From an uncultured delta proteobacterium (GTDB lineage: Bacteria > Desulfobacterota > Syntrophia > Syntrophales > UBA2185), in NCBI GenBank assembly GCA_963729715.1, contig CAVSPA010000016.1, positions 1 to 64,000 of the forward strand: DNA of 64,000 nt, given 5' to 3'. Numbering within the stretch: position 1 is the stretch's first letter; the number at the start of each line of letters is the position of its first letter. The notes under the pieces are model-generated. The model made no database searches. It worked only from the letters and a program-made list of their open reading frames with translations, and was not told where the DNA came from. The translations under genes were made by a program, and so were the position numbers. This document shows, piece after piece, positions 58,943 to 64,000 of the stretch.

Positions 58943-59975
58943 CCTTTCTCCCCACCAGGTCCCGTATATGACCCTCAATCATCTCCGGAATATAAGATAA
59001 ACTTTCGACGAGCCTGTCCTTCTGCCCTCGCATATGTTCCTTGGACGGCGGCGTATCGGCCATGGCAAGCGCTGCCGCAACAGCATCAGCGCCATAACCA
59101 TAAACCTGCATTAGTCTGAACTCATCCGACAGAACCTTCATATTTCCGCATTCACCGGCCCATGTCGACGCCAGCACCGATGGCACACCCATTAGCGCCG
59201 CCTCAGCACACATACTGGGGCTTTCTCCCACGACCAGCCGCGCAAAGGCCATAACATGATGCATCCTGTCTATCCTGATGGCGATTGCGAATCTTCTGAG
59301 CGCCTCCGGAGGTGTAGTTTCCGTCGTCAAGACCACCTTCATTCTCAAAGAGAGCTGCTCTATCAATCGAGTAGCGTCCTCCACACTGAATCCTTTTTCT
59401 CCCTGATCGTGGACGGCATCCCAGCGGACGAAGCGCACCACGGCATAAGGCTCCCCAGGATCAATCCCTTCGCCTCTTACGAGTTCGGGATCCGGGGTAA
59501 ATTCATCAGGATGCAAATAGCTCCATTCGTGAAAGCTGCGATAGCGGTAGTGACGCCTGCCAAAGTCTCTGGCAAACCACTCCGGCGTGAGAACCCTGTC
59601 GGCAAAGGGAAAGGCTATCCTGTTACTGAGTTCCGCCGTTTCTGTATCGGTCAGGGCAATGTTGGGAATGCCGAGCATACGAGATGGAAGTGACGTCGTT
59701 ATACCGCCGATGGATAGGACAATATCCGGACGATAGTCCCGGAGAATCATTGTGAATTTAAACCAGCGTTTTAATAACTCCTGCGCAAGGCCGATGCCCC
59801 TCTTCTGTTTAGATAAGCAGATATAGGGAATGCTGAAGAGATCAAGGAGCTGATGCGTAATATCTTTATCACGCGTGACAATCATAAGCTCGTGGCCGTG
59901 TTCCTGCCACCTCTTAATCAACGGCCGGAAGAAATGCACATGCTTGGGATGCAGTATATCTATCAAAAATTTCAC
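58935..59975 (-). CDS. DUF354 GT-B-fold protein
   Basis: IDILHPKHVHFF, RDKD, DTE, YLHP..F.P, M..EAA..GVP. Confidence 0.82.
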   Translation of the reverse strand: MKFLIDILHPKHVHFFRPLIKRWQEHGHELMIVTRDKDITHQLLDLFSIPYICLSKQKRGIGLAQELLKRWFKFTMILRDYRPDIVLSIGGITTSLPSRMLGIPNIALTDTETAELSNRIAFPFADRVLTPEWFARDFGRRHYRYRSFHEWSYLHPDEFTPDPELVRGEGIDPGEPYAVVRFVRWDAVHDQGEKGFSVEDATRLIEQLSLRMKVVLTTETTPPEALRRFAIAIRIDRMHHVMAFARLVVGESPSMCAEAALMGVPSVLASTWAGECGNMKVLSDEFRLMQVYGYGADAVAAALAMADTPPSKEHMRGQKDRLVESLSYIPEMIEGHIRDLVGRKDV

Positions 59976-59980
59976 GGGAG

Positions 59981-60760
59981 CTACGTCTCCTTCACAGCCA
60001 ATGCTACGAGACCCGAGCCGCTTTTCCGCGCTCGGTAAAATGAACCCAAGAAGCTGAGAAATAGCAGCAAAGGAAAAACCAATGCATAAAGACCCTTATT
60101 TCTTTCCTTCGCACCTGTTATCAGCTTGCTTATATCATTAGCCAACGTCTCCATAGTATTATAATTATAGATACATGTTTTAACATGAAGCCCCCCTCCG
60201 ATAAGAAGACGCGTCAATTCATCCTTTGTGTAACCCGCTCTCACATGCCCGTCAATATCCATCCAGTTTTCTCTTTTCCAGCCGAAGATGTTCCGTGTCA
60301 GATGCGGCACGTGCACAAGCAGATGGCCACCCGGTTCAAGGGCTTCATAAAACATTTTCACGGCGCCGAGATCGTCATCCAGATGTTCAAGCATATCCAT
60401 TGAGATGACCAAATCAAATCTGCCTAATTCAGGAATTCTCATAGCGTCCATGGTAATAAATTGCATCTTCTTGAATCCCACTTTCTCGGCAATTTCGCTA
60501 TTGACCCTGTTTTGATTTTCATCGAGATCGACACCAAAAACTTCAGCGGCGGGAAAGCGTCTTGCACAGGCAAGGGTAATCATACCCCGGCCGCATCCCG
60601 CATCGGCGATTCTGCGGGGCTCGGGAATTTGTTCCAGAAAAGGAAGGGTGGTGCGAGCGCGTACACGAAGCCCTAAGATAGGCGCGCCAAAAAGTTTCAC
60701 GTATATTCGTTCCAGCGGAGACAATCCCGGAGTCAGCGCTATTTCTGAACCAAATGGCAT
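59981..60760 (-). CDS. Class I SAM-dependent methyltransferase
   Basis: DAGCGRG, FD....D.LEH, PGG....VP, GHVR.GY. Confidence 0.85.
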   Translation of the reverse strand: MPFGSEIALTPGLSPLERIYVKLFGAPILGLRVRARTTLPFLEQIPEPRRIADAGCGRGMITLACARRFPAAEVFGVDLDENQNRVNSEIAEKVGFKKMQFITMDAMRIPELGRFDLVISMDMLEHLDDDLGAVKMFYEALEPGGHLLVHVPHLTRNIFGWKRENWMDIDGHVRAGYTKDELTRLLIGGGLHVKTCIYNYNTMETLANDISKLITGAKERNKGLYALVFPLLLFLSFLGSFYRARKSGSGLVALAVKET

Positions 60761-61956
60761 TAATGCCCTCCCATAACTTCCGTTCTTCTTAACAGTGAGA
60801 GTAACACTCCGAGCCCACGGACCATCCAGCCGTTACACCAATGGAGCAGGGTGAACCGCTTGCTCAGGAATCGGCCTTTCTGATAGGTAAATTCTCCATC
60901 TCCTTTATAGAAATTCTGAAGACCCCAGAATGCTATGCGAAGAGCCATATCCCGGTCATCAGCCTTGGCAAAGGTCAGAATACCCTGGGCGGAACCGTGA
61001 ACGTCATGTGGCATGACCTTATCGCTCGCCCACTTCGGAGCGCCGTTTGCGAGAAACAGGTTTTTCCTATAGAATTTCAGGCCGTGTTCATAGTAGTTCC
61101 GGAAGCGCCCGTCCCCTGTCGCATTTTCATAATCCAGATATGCATCCAGAATCATGCCCGTATGATAGTTGTCATGGGCCACCAGGCTCTGCCTGGGATT
61201 CGTGGTATAATACCATGCTCCGTAGGAAGTTTGCAGGCGAGACACGAAGGAGAGAAGCTTTTGCGCCTGATCCAGAAGGAAAGTCTCACCCGTCAACGCG
61301 CCCACCTGAGCCATAAATGCCGCAGCCTGAGCATTAATATTTATCACGGCAAACCCTGTTTTCATCTTTGGAACGTATGAGATGCATTTTTCCTCTTCAG
61401 TTTCGTGCAGCACTTCTAAATCAGATAGAATAAAATCAACAGCGCTCCGGGCAGTCATGAGGTAAGCCTCATTGCCAAGCAGGCGAAAGCCGTGTAAGAG
61501 AGCACCCCCGGCGATGACGGTAATGTAGCAATTGGGATAACCCGGCGGCTGGAAGAAGCCCGGGCTCTGCCAGGGATGATGGTAGCCCCAACAGCTGCCG
61601 TGATAATTTCCTTTCTCTGCCGAAGTATTTTCCATCAACCATCGCAGACAACTTTCCGCCCTTTGCCGGAAAGGCTGGACGGCATTCATGGAAAGCATAT
61701 CCAAATTGGCCCTGGCAAATAGCGCCGGACTTTCCGAATTAATGCCCTTCCTTACAAGGAGAACGGGCCGCAGATTCATAGGCGCCCGCATGACCGCCTG
61801 TGTCCAGATGAGGCGGAGCAGCCAGCTATTGAAAGATAAAGCGCGAACCAGCGGACTGTGAAGACCGTCAAATTTGGAATAACCTACGTAACCCAAAAAT
61901 TGAGCCCGGTCTAAGGCGACGGACAGAATTTTTTCAATTTCCCTGATATCGATCAT
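60760..61956 (-). CDS. (alpha/alpha)-barrel protein typical of polysaccharide loci (hydrolase/epimerase-like)
   Basis: FDGL.S, WGY..PWQ, SY.P, G.W.Y, D.YHTG, W...W pattern. Confidence 0.65.
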   Translation of the reverse strand: MIDIREIEKILSVALDRAQFLGYVGYSKFDGLHSPLVRALSFNSWLLRLIWTQAVMRAPMNLRPVLLVRKGINSESPALFARANLDMLSMNAVQPFRQRAESCLRWLMENTSAEKGNYHGSCWGYHHPWQSPGFFQPPGYPNCYITVIAGGALLHGFRLLGNEAYLMTARSAVDFILSDLEVLHETEEEKCISYVPKMKTGFAVININAQAAAFMAQVGALTGETFLLDQAQKLLSFVSRLQTSYGAWYYTTNPRQSLVAHDNYHTGMILDAYLDYENATGDGRFRNYYEHGLKFYRKNLFLANGAPKWASDKVMPHDVHGSAQGILTFAKADDRDMALRIAFWGLQNFYKGDGEFTYQKGRFLSKRFTLLHWCNGWMVRGLGVLLSLLRRTEVMGGH

Positions 61957-62054
61957 TGATGATCACCCATAGATGGGAACATAATATTTTCTCGAACATG
62001 ATGCAAGGAAAGTAAGAACAGCGGGAACTCAAATATTTCGACCGCCCGCCTCGA

Positions 62055-63929
62055 CTACGGACATCGTCTCTTGGTGAGTCCGGAACGGGATGCCACTCTG
62101 CTAAAATGATCGGATGTCCTGTAATCATTCTTCGCCCTGAAGGCTTCTGACAGCAACGAATAAGCGTTTAAAGTGTCTCCGCCTAAACGTATTGCACTTC
62201 GGGCCTGTTTGATGGCTGCAGCAGGATCTCCTTCGCGAAGGCAGATATGGCCAAGATTGACATAGAAAAAGGCGGTGTCACGCTTGAGGGATATTGCTTT
62301 TTTCATTGCCAGCTCAGCCTCAGACGGCTTCTTTTTGAGCATCAGCAAGGCAGCTTTATTGTTGTAAAGATCGGTGTTATCAGGGAGGCCTGCCAAGGCT
62401 TTTTCAACGTAGATAATGGCATTCTCGTAATCGCCGCTTAAGAGATAATATTCCCCCAGCAGTTGATAGATTTTGAATTTCATCCTGACGTCCCATGACG
62501 GGGGTGAATTAAGCGCCTTCGTCAATTCGACATACGCCTCCGGAAAACGGCCGGCTTTCGACAGGGCCGCTCCGAGATTACCATGAGCCATCTCAAGACC
62601 AGGTGCTTTGCGGGCATTGTCCGTCCACAGGGATATTTCATTCTTAAGGACATCATTGTAGAAATAAACATTCATGCCCATGATAATAATGATTGCCGTA
62701 ACCGCAGACGATAGAACGAGAATAATCCTTCTTCTCTTTTCAAAGTAGGTCAGGGCGTAAACGATGAGGATAGACAAAGGGACGAAAAAAAGCATCGCAG
62801 GAAGGTAATTCCGATGCTCGTAAATAATGCCAAGGGAAATAAACGATCCTTCAATTAAATGGTTCACGAAAAAGAAAATGATGCAATAGGAGATGAGGGG
62901 TCTCTTCCGGGAGATCAATACAGCCGCGGCCAGGATCAGCAATAGCACAATAACGGCAGCAATGGTCGTCCAGGGGTCAAAGAGCGATTTTGAAATCTCC
63001 ATATCATGAATCAACATCATCCTCGACGTGATGGGGTAAAGCAAAAGAGAAATATAAAAAATTATCACCCGCGGCTGGGTCAACACCCTTTCCCACATCG
63101 TGAAGGGCCTGAATTCATCATAGCTTCCCGTGATCGTAGAAAAATCATAATACATAAGTCCAATCGCCGGAACTAGAACCAGGGCGAAAAGGCATACCGC
63201 CCAATTCTTCTTTATGTGCTCAATTGTCACACCCTGAATGAGAAAAAGATCAAAAAGAAAGAGGCTTACGGGCAGCATGGCCGCGTTCTCTTTAGAGCCA
63301 AGAGACAATATGGCACAAAAAGCAGTTAAGACAAAAAAACCGACGCACTTCCATGTCCTGTCCGCCCTCCTCCCTTTCAGGTAGAAGTACATGGCCATGA
63401 TGTAAAACATCGCCACCATGCTAGCCATCCTCTGCACAATGTAGGTGACGGCCATGACCTCTACAGGATTAATCGCCCAGAACAGCGTGGCCAGAAGTGC
63501 TATAGAATAAGCATTCCGCTCATAGCGTCCTTCAAGAATGGGAAGCTTAATGGTATTGTAAATGAAAAGGAATAGAAAAACGGAAGTTACATAATGAATG
63601 AAGAAGTTGACGACATGATACCAGAAAACATTCAACCCGTCGAAATAGTAGTTCACCGCAAACGTAAAATATGAAACAGGCCTCTGCCACCTGCCGCCAC
63701 CGGCTATACCGTAAAGGCTCTTCCCTATATCCTGCCAGGACAGGGTCTTTATCTGCACGCCGGCATTCTCAACTATATTTACATAATCGTCAAAATGCCA
63801 TGAACAATCAAAACTGTTCGCATAGATCACTGCCAATATGAAAAACAGAAGCCCGGCGGCAAACAGGGAGGGCCGCCATTTCGAGAGCGACAGTTTCATG
63901 TTCAGTTCAAAATCGTTTTCGTTATTCAC
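62055..63929 (-). CDS. Second TMTC-like GT-C membrane protein with C-terminal TPRs
   Basis: WHFDD, RPVS, NP....VTYIVQR, SKEN, EHRNYLP, LW.D..K.P, then TPRs. Confidence 0.85.
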   Translation of the reverse strand: MNNENDFELNMKLSLSKWRPSLFAAGLLFFILAVIYANSFDCSWHFDDYVNIVENAGVQIKTLSWQDIGKSLYGIAGGGRWQRPVSYFTFAVNYYFDGLNVFWYHVVNFFIHYVTSVFLFLFIYNTIKLPILEGRYERNAYSIALLATLFWAINPVEVMAVTYIVQRMASMVAMFYIMAMYFYLKGRRADRTWKCVGFFVLTAFCAILSLGSKENAAMLPVSLFLFDLFLIQGVTIEHIKKNWAVCLFALVLVPAIGLMYYDFSTITGSYDEFRPFTMWERVLTQPRVIIFYISLLLYPITSRMMLIHDMEISKSLFDPWTTIAAVIVLLLILAAAVLISRKRPLISYCIIFFFVNHLIEGSFISLGIIYEHRNYLPAMLFFVPLSILIVYALTYFEKRRRIILVLSSAVTAIIIIMGMNVYFYNDVLKNEISLWTDNARKAPGLEMAHGNLGAALSKAGRFPEAYVELTKALNSPPSWDVRMKFKIYQLLGEYYLLSGDYENAIIYVEKALAGLPDNTDLYNNKAALLMLKKKPSEAELAMKKAISLKRDTAFFYVNLGHICLREGDPAAAIKQARSAIRLGGDTLNAYSLLSEAFRAKNDYRTSDHFSRVASRSGLTKRRCP

Positions 63930-64000
63930 GACATCTTCTCACACACACAGAAAATAGGAGAATTGAAAGACCAAAAATCCGGTTATACACCGGTATGCAA

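Noticed and set aside
1..64000. CRISPR array, cas genes, reverse transcriptase or TnpB/IscB nuclease
   Set aside because: No regularly spaced repeats and no ORF with the relevant motifs were seen.

Overview
Chromosomal window from a moderately GC-rich anaerobic bacterium. The gene content (beta-oxidation operon, HDOD/GGDEF signalling, PolX-PHP, ferredoxin-fba) suggests a Syntrophales-like Desulfobacterota, which is an inference. Most of the window is housekeeping: kdsD-like isomerase, tRNA-Val(CAC), groESL, mltD-like, rmuC, polX, ampG, fba, queDEC, and a TetR-acyl-CoA dehydrogenase-FadN-thiolase operon. A 20-kb surface-glycan locus is bracketed by two TMTC-like GT-C/TPR proteins. The most unusual part is 9.2-18.1 kb. 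It holds (i) a WD40-caspase gene between rmuC and a diverged duplicate of the rmuC 3' end, with its signal peptide out of frame through a 4-bp duplication, and (ii) a complete 3233-bp IS1-family cargo transposon with perfect 16-bp TIRs and an 8-bp TSD. The transposon carries a leaderless basic protein whose promoter shares an operator-like spacer with the transposase promoter, a RelE-like/HTH/third-gene module, a promoter-driven tRNA-like gene (Arg-type body, GCU anticodon), and a membrane protein ending in a phage tail-fibre-like domain. A second candidate system is an apparently exported AmmeMemoRadiSam operon: a Tat-signal radical SAM enzyme, a signal-peptide Memo-AMMECR1 fusion, and a membrane spermidine-synthase-like protein. 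All family calls come from motif recognition by eye; no database searches were run.
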